Shown: one piece after another, positions 25,183 to 38,379 of the stretch
How the letters are laid out: each line of letters starts with the position of its first letter
Position numbering within the stretch: position 1 is the stretch's first letter
Assembly: GCF_001194135.2 (NCBI RefSeq)
Contig: NC_068981.1
Span: forward strand, 95,105,048-95,169,047
Direction: 5' to 3'
DNA from: Octopus bimaculoides
Lineage: Eukaryota
Length of the DNA stretch: 64,000 nucleotides
Position numbers and translations under genes: made by a program
The notes under the pieces: generated by a model
Told to the model about the DNA's origin: nothing
Databases searched by the model: none
The model's input: only the letters and a program-made list of their open reading frames with translations

Positions 25183-26019
25183 AAACACACACACACACAC
25201 ACATGCATATGGTTTCGGGTTCAGCCTCACCGTACCATACCTTGGACACGTATTCTACTATAGCACTGAGGACGACAGAAGCCTGGTAAGTGAATGTGAA
25301 AGACGGTACATATGCAGAAACTAGTCATATATACATACACATATATATTTACATACACACACGCGCGCGCGCACACACACACGAACGCATACACACAGAC
25401 ATACAGACGCACAAACACACGCACACGCATGCACACACACACAGACACACAGACACACACACACACACACACACACACAAGGTTTCATTTAGTTTCCGTC
25501 TACCAAATCCACTTATGTGGGTTTGGTGGATTTGGTTGACAAAAACTGAAAGAAGCCCAGTGTGTGCGTCTTTGTGTCTGTGTTTGTCCCCAACCGGTGT
25601 TGGTGTGTTTACATTTAAACACCAATTCTCCAGTCATCTTCCGCCACGGACTCACACTCAACACGGAGGCCTACATCAAGTTTTTGTGATATTTCTGCTG
25701 CTTTTCAATAAAGTATATTTATATATATATATATATATGCATATACATAGCTGTANNNNNNNNNNNNNNNNNNNNNNNNNNNNNNNNNNNNNNNNNNNNN
25801 NNNNNNNNNNNNNNNNNNNNNNNNNNNNNNNNNNNNNNNNNNNNNNNNNNNNNNNNNNNNNNNNNNNNNNNNNNNNNNNNNNNNNNNNNNNNNNNNNNNN
25901 NNNNNNNNNNNNNNNNNNNNNNNNNNNNNNNNNNNNNNNNNNNNNNTATACATGTGTGTGTGTGTGTATAAAGCCGCTGTCCCTGGTGATGAGGATTGGA
26001 CTGCAAAAGTGTGTCGGCT

Positions 26020-26255
26020 CCACGTAAAAAGCACTCGTGCCGCGTCACGTAAAAGCGTTCGTACAGAGCCATGTGAAAGCACCTAGCATCTGTAAAGTGG
26101 TTGACGTTAGGAAAGGCATCAAGGCATAGACACCATACCAAATCAGACGGGAGACTGGCGCAGCTCACCAGCTTGCTAGCTATGGTCAAGCCATTCAACC
26201 CACGCCAGCATGGACAATGGACGTTAAATGATGATGATGATGATGATGATGATGC
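26020..26255 (+). mobile_element. RTE-tail repeat
   Basis: tgtaaagtggttgacgttaggaaaggcatc...gcatggacaatggacgttaaatgatgatgat. Confidence 0.75.
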
Positions 26256-26517
26256 TGGTGTGTGTATGTGTGTATAAGTGTCTGTACATGAGTATGTGTG
26301 TGCGCATCCGAGTCAGATATTTATTATAAGGCGACAGTTACATCGAAGTTAGTTTGTTAACCGAAGCTGGGCGAAGCTTAAAACGAAGTTCGTTTTCTTA
26401 CTACTCGAGTTTCACGACTCTGCGATCTTTAGACTACAATTACAAGGGCGTGAAACTAGTTGTGAGGGAAAATAATTACATTATATATATATATATATAT
26501 ATATATACGTACATATA

Positions 26518-27737
26518 CAGGGTACAATGGGTAAATTGTCGCCATTTTATAGTTTTGATTTCGCGCATGCACATTGTTTAATTTTGATTTTGTCGACTAC
26601 ACAGTATAGTAGGGTCAGTTGGGCACCATCTCTGAGGAAAACGGTATTATGACGCAATTTGCCAGAAATTTGGAGACGACATGCTGTGCTGCTTGGTATT
26701 CGCTCCAATACAAACATTTCAGAGTGTTTGGGTATCAATCTGAGGGCAGTGCTGAGGATTCAGAAAGAATTGGATGAGTCTAATGGCGATTACGAAAGTA
26801 CGGCAGCTTGAAAAACTCATTCTGGTAAGAAAAGAACTCTTGAATTTGTTGTTGAGATCCAGGCCATAATTGACAACGATCGCTACAAGTTAATCAGGTC
26901 CATCGCCAGGGACGGGGGAGTGTCTGCGCTTCTTATTATACAAGATGAGAAAATGTCAATTCTTATCCCAAGCCATCAAGAACAAGAAGAAAAGCCGCGC
27001 TACGAAGCTTTTAAACAATCTTAAGCATCCCCTCCGATCGCATATGCTTTGATTTTTCTCAGACGAGAAATCAGATAGTGAACACACAGAGTTACCGTTG
27101 GCTTCCCGTGTCTCCAAAACATGAACCGAAAGTGATAAAAATCAAACATCTAGTCAACATCATGGTGTTTGGAGTGATCACTTGTGAATGCGACGTTATG
27201 TCTCCAGTCATCTTCCGCCACGGACTCACACTCAACACGGAGGCCTACATCAAGTGCCTGGGGAAAGTAATGTCGCCCTGGGTCAAGTGGATAGCTATCG
27301 GAAGATCCTGTATCTGGCGACAGGACTCTGCGCCATGCCACACATGCAGGAGAACCCAGTCATGGCTGTCAGACAATTTATGTGACCACTAACACTCCTA
27401 ACATCTGGCCACCTAACTCCCCAGACTGCAACACCCTTGATTATTATGTGTGTGGCTCAGTTGAGCAAGAGACCAACAAAATTCCTTGTAACACCAAAAA
27501 TGAACTGATGGCAAGGATTATGGCAGCATTCACCAACTTAAACATGGAGACCGTCCAGAAGAGTTGCAGGAGATTCCGAAGTTGTTTGGAGGCCGTGGTT
27601 GAAGCCAATAGGATATTTTATTGAATAAATTTACTCTTTAGTATTTAAAGATATTTTTCAGTAATTTTGGTAAATATATCTGTTAAAATGAGATGTCAGT
27701 ATTTTTTAAATTTTTGCGAGATTTAGACGACACCCTG
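26518..27737 (+). mobile_element. maT/DD37D-type Tc1/mariner element, near full length, inactivated
   Basis: TA-cagggt ... accctg-TA ends; peptides VMVFGVIT..GLTLNTEAYIKCL..WRQDSAPCH..WPPNSPDCNTLDYY with 37 residues between the second and third Asp; frameshifts present. Confidence 0.9.
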
Positions 27738-27796
27738 TAAATTATGAATGTGTAAATACATAGAATAACTATGTAATGTAATATATTGACTGAATT

Positions 27797-28240
27797 AAGG
27801 CGGCGAGATGGCAGAAACGTTAGCACGCCGGGAGAAATGTTTAGCGGCAGTTCATCCGTCTTTACGTTCTGAGTTCAAATTCTGCCGAGGTCAACTCTGC
27901 CTTTCATCCTTTCGGGATCGATAAACTAAGTACTAGTTGCATACTGGGGTCACTCTAATCGACTGGCCCTCTCCCCAAAATTTCGGGCCTTGTGTCTAGA
28001 GTAGAAAAGACAATATTAACTGAATTTAACGCGGCGAGTTGGTAGGATCATTAACGCTCTGGACAAAATAGTAAGCGACATTTCGTCCGTCTTTACGTTC
28101 TGCTATCAGATTCCGTCGAGGTCGTCCATGCCTTTCACCCTTTTGGTGTCGATAAAATAAGTGCCAGTTGTGTATTGGGGTTTGTGTAATCGATTTACCT
28201 CTTCTCTGAAATTGTTGACCACGTGCCAAAATTTGAAACC
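27797..28240 (+). mobile_element. Two head-to-tail SINE family B copies (tRNA head plus Meta-like core)
   Basis: Heads aaggcggcgagatggc (27797) and taacgcggcgagttgg (28027); core gcctttcatcctttcgggatcgataaa..aagtac resembles the MetaSINE domain (recalled, not searched). Confidence 0.88.
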
Positions 28241-28390
28241 ATAGTCACAAAGCCACATGTTCCACTGCAGTTCAAACTGGAATCTTAGTGGCGCACCAAT
28301 TAGAGCACTCAGAGCCTATATATATTAGTTTGAGTCACTCTGACGTAAGCTCCTCGTATCTTATACATACATACAATACATACATACATA

Positions 28391-28543
28391 CGTGACTGTG
28401 TGGTAAGAAGCTTCCTTCTCAACCATATGGTTCCGGATTCAGTGACACTGCGTGGCATCTAGGGAAAGTGCCTTATACTATAGCCTCGGGCCGATCAAAG
28501 CCTTGTGAGTGGATTTGGTTGATGGAAACTGAAAGAAGCCTGT

Positions 28544-28587
<44 letters not shown>

Positions 28588-28806
28588 TGTATGTCTGTGT
28601 TTGTCCCCACCAACATCGCTTGACAACTGATGCCGGTGTGTTTATGTCCCCGTCACTTAGCGGTTCGGCAAAAAGAAACCGATAGAATAAGTACTAGGCT
28701 TCCAAAGAATAAGTCCTGGGGTTGATTTGCTCGACTAAAGGCGGTGCTCCAGCATGGCCGCAGTCAAATGACTGAAACAAATTAAAGAGTAAAGAGTAAA
28801 GAGTAA
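28391..28806 (+). mobile_element. SINE family A, full length
   Basis: Head, internal (TA)n and (AAAGAGT)n tail; CpGs retained. Confidence 0.92.
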
Positions 28807-28899
28807 ATGTGTAGTGGCTAGCGATCTATCATGGCGAACATAAATATATATGTAACGATGAAATTAATTAGTAAACAATATGAGATACCGGCATTGTAA

Positions 28900-29635
28900 T
28901 CAGTGTGTAAGGATTGGTTCTTCGTTGATTGCCATTTTGTAAAGATGAAGGAACAGTTTTAAGGAAATATTTACTTCTACCAGTTACATTATACAATACC
29001 TTGCCTCGACGGACAAGTGATAAAATCCTAGAGCATGCGAAGTAAAAAAGTTAATTTCGGCCTGTGTGTTCGTATTGTAGTAGTAAACCATAGAGAGAGA
29101 TATGGTAATGTGCAGAGAAGACAAAGTGAGTTAGTGAACGTGAGAGAGTGTGGGAAGATGGGTCTCATAGCTGCTGACAGTAAATTTCATTTCTCCATTT
29201 GACCATTGTCTTTAGTAGCTGCCTTGCTTTGGATCGTGATTCTAGCGTTCCGCTCCCTAACTGATGGTAGCTGTCTCTGACTCGAGTTTGTCATTCATTA
29301 ACAAACTGATTGAGTTGTCACGAGCCGACTAACTGAGTTTTCATCAAGTCACTAACTGATTTTTGCTTGGGGGTTCTTGTTTTTATAACTATCTAGAAGG
29401 ATCGTTGGGCTTCGTTAGTGGTACTGTGATATCTCTATTCTAGCTTTTGGTGAAATAGAAAAGGTTAGCAGAATCAAGTGGTGAAGACATTATTTCGACC
29501 TATTTAAGGCAATCTGGCAAATGTAAAACTGCTGTCACAGAAAAACTATTGTTTTACCGTGAGAAAAATTTCGTTGAACTGTTAATTTAAATTTGGCCAT
29601 GGTGAATCGAATCCACTTCATGCTTGCAAGATTCA

Positions 29636-29637
<2 letters not shown>
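28900..29637 (+). repeat. Unclassified ~740-bp interspersed repeat (inverted copy at ~42938-43660)
   Basis: Block-by-block reverse-complement similarity, e.g. gagagtgtgggaagatgggtctcatagctgctgacag. Confidence 0.8.
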
Positions 29638-29703
<66 letters not shown>

Positions 29704-29800
29704 TAGGTTTAAGGCTTATAAGCAATCACCGTGCGTTGACTAAGGTAAATAGTGTGTGGCGCACACTCGAGTGAAATTCCTCTCTCTTTTATTATATATA

Positions 29801-30676
29801 TGTACATTCGAACGTAACAGAAAACAGCTAGCCTTTGACCGCTATTTGCACCCCGTTGTATCCACTGTTCTGATTGGTTGGTCTTGGCACAATTTGTCTC
29901 TTACACTGTCGCGCCAATCTGCAGCGTATAACCAATCGGAGCTCTAAATAAGATCAGGTGAAACAGCCTGTTCTCAACCTCGTTTGAACCTACTGTTCCT
30001 TATAAAAATCCAGTCTCTCCTCGTCTCGTGGTCTTTGGTTCCAGACCTTTTATGGTCTAGTCACTGATCACACAAGACACAGCCAGTTCCAGCGACAACG
30101 CCAGACAACCCGTCCAAAAGCATTACGAACCTCCTTCGTCTTCGTCGCCACCATCATCTTCTTAACGACGTCAACATCATCTCTGCGTACACAGATCAAC
30201 AAGCAACTCGCACAGGTTCCAATACTGCACTGTTTGTGAATTACTTCACCATGGGTTAACAGCAAATACAACCGGCGAGAACTCCTGTACCAAGTGATCC
30301 AGGCAGCAACGTTACAGCCACATCTTCGTACGACATGTACCGCAACTCCGGCTCCGCATCATCGCCGCAACTTCTTGATACAGCATTTCAACTACCGTGT
30401 ACAATTGACTACAAACTGATATTTCTCATTCTTGTGTCTATGAATATTCATCTAATTTCTCATTATAGACCCTTTCACTTCCTTCCTCATTGCTGTTCTT
30501 ATGTGTACTTAACGCACACGCATACAGCCACGCCTATACACACATACACTTTGTTCTCATGACGGCCGGTCTATTATTCTGTATACATGACGCACACAAT
30601 GACACACGTTAACATATCAATAAATCTTCTCTTCAACACCTATTCAGTTGTGTCTCTCTCTTTCCCCTCTGGTACA
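29801..30676 (+). mobile_element. Solo LTR (876 bp), Gypsy-type
   Basis: TGTAC...GTACA ends, 4-bp TSD tata, TATAAAA at ~30000, AATAAA at ~30619. Confidence 0.75.
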
Positions 30677-30799
30677 TATATGTATTAATCCAGCCTTCTG
30701 AACAGAGTCGTTATTAGATGGTTTCATCACGTGAGACCGTGACCATCTAAAACTCTAATATCGGGGCATATAAGCCCTTGATGGAAAAAAGTAGGGTTT

Positions 30800-31870
30800 C
30801 CCGTACACTGAATCTCGATTTTTTTTTCTATATTTCTTTTAGTTTTCAAAATAAAGATCAGCAAATTTCTTTTTTAATCTAAAATATACTCTCTTTCATT
30901 TTCTACAATGCTCTTCCATCTATTTGTTAGACTTGCAAGAACCCTCTTCCAAAATTCACTTGTCCGTGACGAAAAATATTCCCCCAGTACTGTTCTGACT
31001 TCGCCTGCAGAATTCATATTGCTTCCGTCTAAATGATTTTGAAGACTGCGGAATAAATGATAACCAGATGGGGCAATCTCCGGCGAATATGGTAGATGGG
31101 ATATCGTTTCCCATTTTTCTTATAGCGCTGACTAAAGCCGCTCGTAGTAGATCTCCTTTGTTAACGTTTGGTTTGGGTTTAAAAGTTCAAAGTGGACTAA
31201 ACCTTTCATATTTCACCAAACAGATAACAACACCTTACATGGGTGAAGACCTTCTTTAGCCTGGGGTGCCGATGTTTCTCCTTTCCCTACCCACCGTCTT
31301 CGGCGCTTGGCATTTTTATAGAGAACTCATTTCTTGTCACCAGTCACTATTCGGTGAGATGTGACAGCAAAAAAGAGCACACATTCACTCTCTGCGCGCG
31401 ATTAGGCTCGGAAAGTTTGTGAAGAACCCATTGACCCGATTTGCTGACTTTCCGAAGGCACACAGGTGTCGATGAATGATTGAATGACCAAATCCAAGCT
31501 TCTCTGATAGTTTCTCAACAGTTACCTTGGGATTTTGTTTCACTTGGGTTTGGAGGACGTCCTCGTCGAGCTCTACAGATCTTCCAGGATGAGGCTCGTC
31601 TTCTATGCCGTAGTTTCCGGCTTGGAATTTCTGGAGTCACCGTTGACACTGGCTTACGCTTATTGTCCAATCCCCATACACGCACTAATATTCCTCGTAC
31701 TTTCCGTTGCGTTGTTGCCTTTATTGAACTCATATGCTCCTTTGTCACTTCCATTATAGCTTTGAAAAAATAACAGTTAAAATCGAACTGCACTCTAGTT
31801 TATCCCGTTCCTTCCGACTTTTTGTTCATGCAATTGAAAAAAAACCCGCATTATTTATGGGATGACCCAA
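30800..31870 (-). mobile_element. Decayed, internally deleted mariner
   Basis: TIR ta-ttgggtcatcccataaataatgcgg at the right end; peptides MEVTKEH, GQWVLHKLSE, RIVTGD, LHPCKVLLSVW, LPYSPEIAPSGYHLFRSLQNHL. Confidence 0.88.
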
Positions 31871-31981
31871 TATAATAGTGTCTTACAAGTGTTTCTGGGA
31901 TATCTCAGGTAATAGATCAATGTGTCGATCCACATTTCCATATACTAGGTATGGAATAGCCCAGAAACAGCTGTAAGACAC

Positions 31982-33321
31982 TGTAGGAAAGTGGTCATAC
32001 ACCATTAGGTGTATACCCGCTTCCGTACATTAAATTTCTTGAAGAAACAACGGAACGCAGATTCTGAACTATCAACACAATATTTATTTACAGAGGAAAT
32101 AGGCAGCACTTCGCCCTTTGGTTGCAGAGACGCCGTCAATGATGTTGGGTGGTTATTTGTCTAGCTCCAGAGCTGGAATGTTGGAGAGAGCTGTCTCCAG
32201 AGAAGGAACGTTGGAGAGGGACTGCTTGTACGTCTGGGCCCTTCGTCTGCCGGCGAGAAAAGAGAATGAATAAGGGCGCGAAACTTGGATGTCGAATGAC
32301 CACGCATTCGCACGAGACTCTTCCTATATTCCTTCCGGAACTAGTCCCTGCGCATGCGTGGATAAACTTTCCGGAATGTCTGCTATTAAGGCGTCACTAC
32401 ATGGCTCCCCCGCGAGTGCCGAAAGCACGAAAATAGAAAATTTGGAGGGACGCCTGAGGCAAGATGGCCACCGAAACCATCCACAAGATGTGGCACAAAC
32501 ACACACAAAGAAAATCAAAGAAATGAATGTACACTTGTGAGATACATGCATGCAATGTACAAATGAATTGACAATGACAAAACAACCGTGATGACAACTG
32601 CCCAGGAAACTGGAATCACGCGATGTAAAAGTCTGATTTTTTGTTTTTTTTCTGAGAGGAAAGAAAATATATGAGTGCACAAGTGTGTGTGTGTGAGAGA
32701 GAAAAACACAGAACAGTAAAAGTGTCTGTAACATAGACTGTGAAAAGTCTTAAAACACTGAGATAGAGAAAACCAGTTCGTATTAAAATTCCACAAGGAG
32801 ATAGAATGTCCATACGCAGGAAGTTGCGGTCAAGGAGCAGAGCTGTAGTTGAGCGTCGATGCTGGCTGGGACCTGTGCTACCTGGTACGGAATATTCTAT
32901 AAAAGTTACACAAGGAGATTTAGAATGTTCATACGCAGGAAGTTGCGTATGACGTGTGTTACCTGGTACTGAATATTCTGGCTGGTCTGTTGATCGTGAG
33001 TGGAAACATCCACTCTAACAGGGTCGAGATAAAACCGCGCTTGTTGATGTTGGTTGCTTGTGTACGTGTAGAAGTCATGTTGACGATGTTGGGAATGCTG
33101 GTAGTACGTAGAGTCGTGTTGCTGTTGGCGACGTCGGGGGCGATGCTTGTAGTCTGGGCCCTTCGCCGGCCGGCGAGAAAAGAGAATGAATAAGGGCGCG
33201 AAACTTGGATGTCGAATGACCACGCATGCGCACGAGACTCTTCCTGTATTCCTTCCGGAACTAGTCCCTGCGCATGCGTGGATAAGCTTTCTGGAATGTC
33301 TGCTATAAAGGCGTCACTACA
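31982..33321 (-). mobile_element. Internally deleted LTR element
   Basis: TGTAG/CTACA ends with 4-bp TSD acac; ~178-bp direct repeats 32224-32401 and 33144-33321 (about 8 differences); PPT-like GGGGGAGCCA before the 3' LTR on minus strand; AATAAA near the LTR end. Confidence 0.8.
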
Positions 33322-34033
33322 ACACTATTATATTATTTCAATTTTATTTTTGCTTACTTCGCTTCACTATTAAACTAATTTAAATGAACTGATAAGATTG
33401 TCCTGCCTTTTGTTTTCCTCTACTTTAAATTATATATATNNNNNNNNNNNNNNNNNNNNNNNNNNNNNNNNNNATATATATATATATAATAGTCAACCAA
33501 GTGTGGCGTCCTATACGGGACAGTGCTACTGACGTTTAGTTCGACTAAAAATTCTCCAAGGCGTAACTGCAGTCTAATGACTGAAACAAGTGAAACATGA
33601 AGACACACATTCGGGGATGCGCGCACACACACATACACACACGTACCGACACATAAGCGCGCCAGCACACACGCACGCGCTATTACCTTAACGACGTGTT
33701 AAACATTATGTTCGTTTTAACTTAATTTTAACAACTCTTTATAAAGGAGTTGAAGTTCTAGAATTAATTTCATAAACAGTATTTAACTCTCATTGAACTA
33801 CTTGGAGAAAGTTTGAAGCTTTTCGTATCATTAAAGGAACACATTACATTAATTAGCGAAAAAATTTGAATGAATTGATAATTAAATGAAAACAATTTTA
33901 TGTTCAGTTGCTAATACATTTACTTCTTAATGCTGTTTACGTTTCACTATCAAGCATTACAGACTAAAAATGTGAAATTAAGTGATTGAACCACAATAAA
34001 CGAAAATTTCATCGTTATTACTATTTCATACGT

Positions 34034-34245
34034 TAAGGCGGTGAGCTGGCAGAATCGTTAGCACGCCGGGCGAAATGCTTATCTTCTGAGTTCAAATTCC
34101 GCCGAGGTTGACTTAGCCTTTCATCCTTTCGGGATCGATTAAATAAGTACCAGTTACGCACTAGAGTCGATGTAATCGACTTAATCCCTTTGTCTGTCCT
34201 TGTTTGTTCTCTCTATGTTTATCCCCCTGTGGGTAATAAATAAAT
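34034..34245 (+). mobile_element. SINE family B copy
   Basis: taaggcggtgagctggcagaatcgttagcacg head, B-box gagttcaaattcc, Meta-like core. Confidence 0.9.
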
Positions 34246-34593
34246 ATTTATAGAACTATAATTAAAGATTCGCCAGTTGCCTTAGTAACCTATTTTCACA
34301 TATACATACACTCACATAATACAAACATAACATGCAGATACGTTCATACTACATATATACATGCCTATATGCTCGTGCGTGCACACACATACACACTTCT
34401 CCACCGTTACCAACGATGCTGTGTTTTGCGGAGGAGTCAGCATCAGGAACCACAAGTTCTTACATTTGTGGGAAACACATACGTCAGGGGTCGGGGAACT
34501 TTTTGAACTAATTACCCCAAAATATATTTATTTACGCCGACGTTACCCTTTGGATTTGAAAGAAAGAAAATTATAGACTCTTTGAATTCAAAA

Positions 34594-34753
34594 GGTAGTG
34601 GCTGTGTGGTAAGAAGCTTGCTTACCAGCCACATGGTTCCGGGTTCAGTCCCACTGCGTGGCACCTTGGGCAAATGTTTTCTACTATAGCCTCGGGCCGA
34701 CCAAAGCCTTGTGAGTGGATTTGGTAGACGGAAACTGAAAGAAGCCCGTCGTA

Positions 34754-34814
<61 letters not shown>

Positions 34815-35026
34815 TTGTGTGTCTGTGTTTGTCCTCCTAGCATTGCTTGACAACCGATGCTGGTGTGTTTATGTCCCCGTCACTTAGCGGTTCGGCAAAA
34901 AGAAACCGATAGAATAAGTACTAGGCTCACAAAGAATAAGTCCCGGGGTCGATTTGCTCGACTAAAGGCGGTGCCCCAGCATGGCCGCAGTCAAATGACT
35001 GAAACAAGTAAAAGAGTAAACGAGTA
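34594..35026 (+). mobile_element. SINE family A, full length, young
   Basis: gtggctgtgtggtaag A box, gggttcagtccc B box, all CpGs intact. Confidence 0.93.
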
Positions 35027-36344
35027 AGAATCTATTTACACGTCCATTACAATGGCCAGAGGCAGTGTTGCCACAAGAGAAATTTCAATCACAACAAGGA
35101 ACAGGTTTTTTTTTATGTAATTTTACTTATGTCTAACGAGTCCTCATTACCCACAAAAATTTCATATTTACCCCACTTCGGGTAATTTACCGCGGTTCGC
35201 CGACTCACGTATGTCATACGTGAAGTACTTGTGGTAGTTGATGGTTGTGGTTGGTTCTGGGCTGCACGGACCAATTTTCGTCATGTAGTTGGTGTACTTG
35301 TCTGCTTTTTACGCCATCTGCTTCGTTTCAACACCCAACAATGCGATCATTCATCAGTTCTGCCCATAGGGTTTGGAATATTTTGCACCGTTTAAGAATC
35401 TACTTTAGATAATCCCTGTTCAGTTATCTTTCCTCACCCTGTCGCGTAACACACACACACACACACACACACCTATATAAAAGTTTGGTGACGTAAACAA
35501 AATAATAGAACTCAAAACGTGAGCATATATATATGCATTTTATTATTAATAATCAGCAGAAGGTACAGAGGGACTCAAGGCTCGAGAGTTTCATGCATAT
35601 GTGTGTGTGTGTGTACGTGTGTGTATGCTCTCTTTCTCTTTCTTTTCCGTACGTGTAGTCGAACTGTACGGATGACTGGACGGAAAGCTATAAAATTGGC
35701 GATATAGATTTAGGTATCTGCAATGAGTGTACAGATATAAGATTATCGTGTGCGTGTGTGTATTCTCTCAATACACTCATCGAAATCTATACCGCTAAAA
35801 TCACTTATATTCTGTCAGATATCTTTACGATGTGGCAATGTAGTATTTACATTTTCCGCTCCACTGAGAAAAAAAATTCTTTCCTGTTGGACTGTTTACG
35901 ATAAAACTTGGATTTGTATAACTGCACGATCAAAAATCCAAAAGTGTATCATCATCGAAGTAGCCACTGAAATTTGGGTTTTCTTCTCGATCCCACACAG
36001 CAAATTCCCATCATAAATTACCGACCTTCTCCGATCGCATATTCTCAAAGAAATCCAATTAGATAAAAACACCACTACAATAATGAACATAATTACAACA
36101 ATAATACAAAAAAAAAAAAAAAAAACAATAATTACTAAATATCAAAAACATTTTAGATTTAAACTACAGTTAGGCATATCACAGCATAACCGCGCAATCT
36201 ATCATACTTGTTGCTTCATACGTTTGTATATTCAGCAGAATTTCTGTTACAACTGAATATGCGAATATAGAAGACAGAGGATAATTTTTCATGCAAACAT
36301 ACTAACGTTGTGCGATGGTTTGTAAAACAAATATTGATTACTAC

Positions 36345-36618
<274 letters not shown>

Positions 36619-37153
36619 NNNNNNNNNNNNNNNNNNNNNNNNNNNNNNNNNNNNNNNNNNNNNNNNNNNNNNNNNNNNNNNNNNNNNNNNNNNNNNNNNN
36701 NNNNNNNNNNNNNNNNNNNNNNNNNNNNNNNNNNNNNNNNNNNNNNNNNNNNNNNNNNNNNNNNNNNNNNNNNNNNNNNNNNNNNNNNNNNNNNNNNNNN
36801 NNNNNNNNNNNNNNNNNNNNNNNNNNNNNNNNNNNNNNNNNNNNNNNNNNNNNNNNNNNNNNNNNNNNNNNNNNNNNNNNNNNNNNNNNNNNNNNNNNNN
36901 NNNNNNNNNNNNNNNNNNNNNNNNNNNNNNNNNNNNNNNNNNNNNNNNNNNNNNNNNNNNNNNNNNNNNNNNNNNNNNNNNNNNNNNNNNNNNNNNNNNN
37001 NNNNNNNNNNNNNNNNNNNNNNNNNNNNNNNNNNNNNNNNNNNNNNNNNNNNNNNNNNNNNNNNNNNNNNNNNNNNNAAGAGTTTCAATTAAAAGATCGA
37101 TAGAAATCGATGTTTTTTTTTTAGATATATAAATGGTGGATAAAGTATATAGT

Positions 37154-37470
37154 GGAGGCGCAATGGCCCAGTGGTTAGGGCAGCGGACTCGCAGTCATAG
37201 GATCGCGGTTTCGATTCCCAACCCGGGAGTTGTGAGTGTTTATTGAGCGAAAACACCTAAAGCTACACGAAGGGATAGTGGCGAACCCTGCTGTACTCTT
37301 TCTCTCATTCTTACTTCCTGTTTCTGTTGCGCCTTGTCATGCTGAATATCCCCGAGAACTACGTTAAGGGTACACGTGTCCGTGGAGTGCTCAACCACTT
37401 GCACGTTAATTTCACGAGCATGCTGTTCCGTTGATCGGATCAACTGGAACCCTCGACGGGGTGCCAACAA
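37154..37470 (+). mobile_element. tRNA-derived SINE family C
   Basis: ggaggcgcaatggcccagtggttaggg A box and ggtttcgattccc B box followed by a non-tRNA body; no complete cloverleaf. Confidence 0.75.
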
Positions 37471-37472
37471 TA

Positions 37473-37628
37473 CAGTTCGAGGAAGTCCACTTTCTACGGC
37501 CGTTTTCAGAGTTCATGTCCTGAAAGTGATTTTATGAGGATACCTTTCCTGAGGATACCTGTCCGCATGGTTTGTAAGATTTTTTATTAATTTTTCTACG
37601 GCCGTAGAAAGTGAACTTCCTCGAACTG
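37473..37628. mobile_element. Tc1/mariner-type MITE (156 bp)
   Basis: 31-bp TIR cagttcgaggaagt(c/t)cactttctacggccgt with one mismatch; TA flanks. Confidence 0.9.
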
Positions 37629-37846
37629 TATTATATACCTTATATACCATTTATATATTAAAAAAAAAAACACATCAATTTCTGTCGATCTTTTACTTGA
37701 AACTCTTAACCGATCTTAACTTTAGTACAAAAAATCTTTATTAGTTCTCTTTCATACGTATTATTTTATTACCTTCCTTCATACGTATCACACATGGGTC
37801 TTATTTACATGTATTTTTATGTATATTTATATTTTATAAATATTTT

Positions 37847-38136
37847 AAAGCCTTGTGAGTGAATTTGGTAGACGGAAACTGAAAGAAGCCTGTCGTATAT
37901 ATGTATATATATGTATGTGTGTGTATATGTTTGTGTGTCTGTGTTTGTTCCCCCAACATCGCTTGACAACCGATGCTGGTGTGTTTACGTCCCCGTAACT
38001 TAGCGGTTCGGCAAAAGACTTCGATAGAATAAGTACTAGACTTACAAAGAATAAGTCCTGGGGTCGATTTACTCGACTAAAGGTGGTGCTCCAGCATGGC
38101 CATAGTCAAATGACTAAAACAAGTAAGAGTAAAAGA
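37847..38136 (+). mobile_element. SINE family A, 5'-truncated
   Basis: Body and tail match the copy at 34594. Confidence 0.9.
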
Positions 38137-38379
38137 GGATGTTCATGTGTGTCGAAATGTATTAATATATGTATGCGCATTTTAGTCGAATTCATAACTG
38201 TATGAGTATGATTGCCTAATCCTTATATATATGTGTGTGTATGTGTGTGCGCGCGCGTGCGTGCGTGCGTGTGTGTGTCACTAAATGCAACTAGGGTGTT
38301 AAACAGCTACATTGCTGGAAATAAGAGCTAAACCGTTCTAACGCATGTATGTATGTATGTATGTCTCTTCTCTTTTTAA

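Noticed and set aside
32402-32416. TGGCTCCCC as a tRNA-Asp primer-binding site after a plus-strand LTR
   Set aside because: AATAAA position and the TGTAGTG start favour the minus orientation, where this sequence is the polypurine tract GGGGGAGCCA.
35470-36090. TATA-like cctatataaaag and the protein-like frame WEFAVWDREENPNFSGYFDDD on minus strand
   Set aside because: The frame is bounded by stops with no acceptor; a TATA match alone is uninformative.
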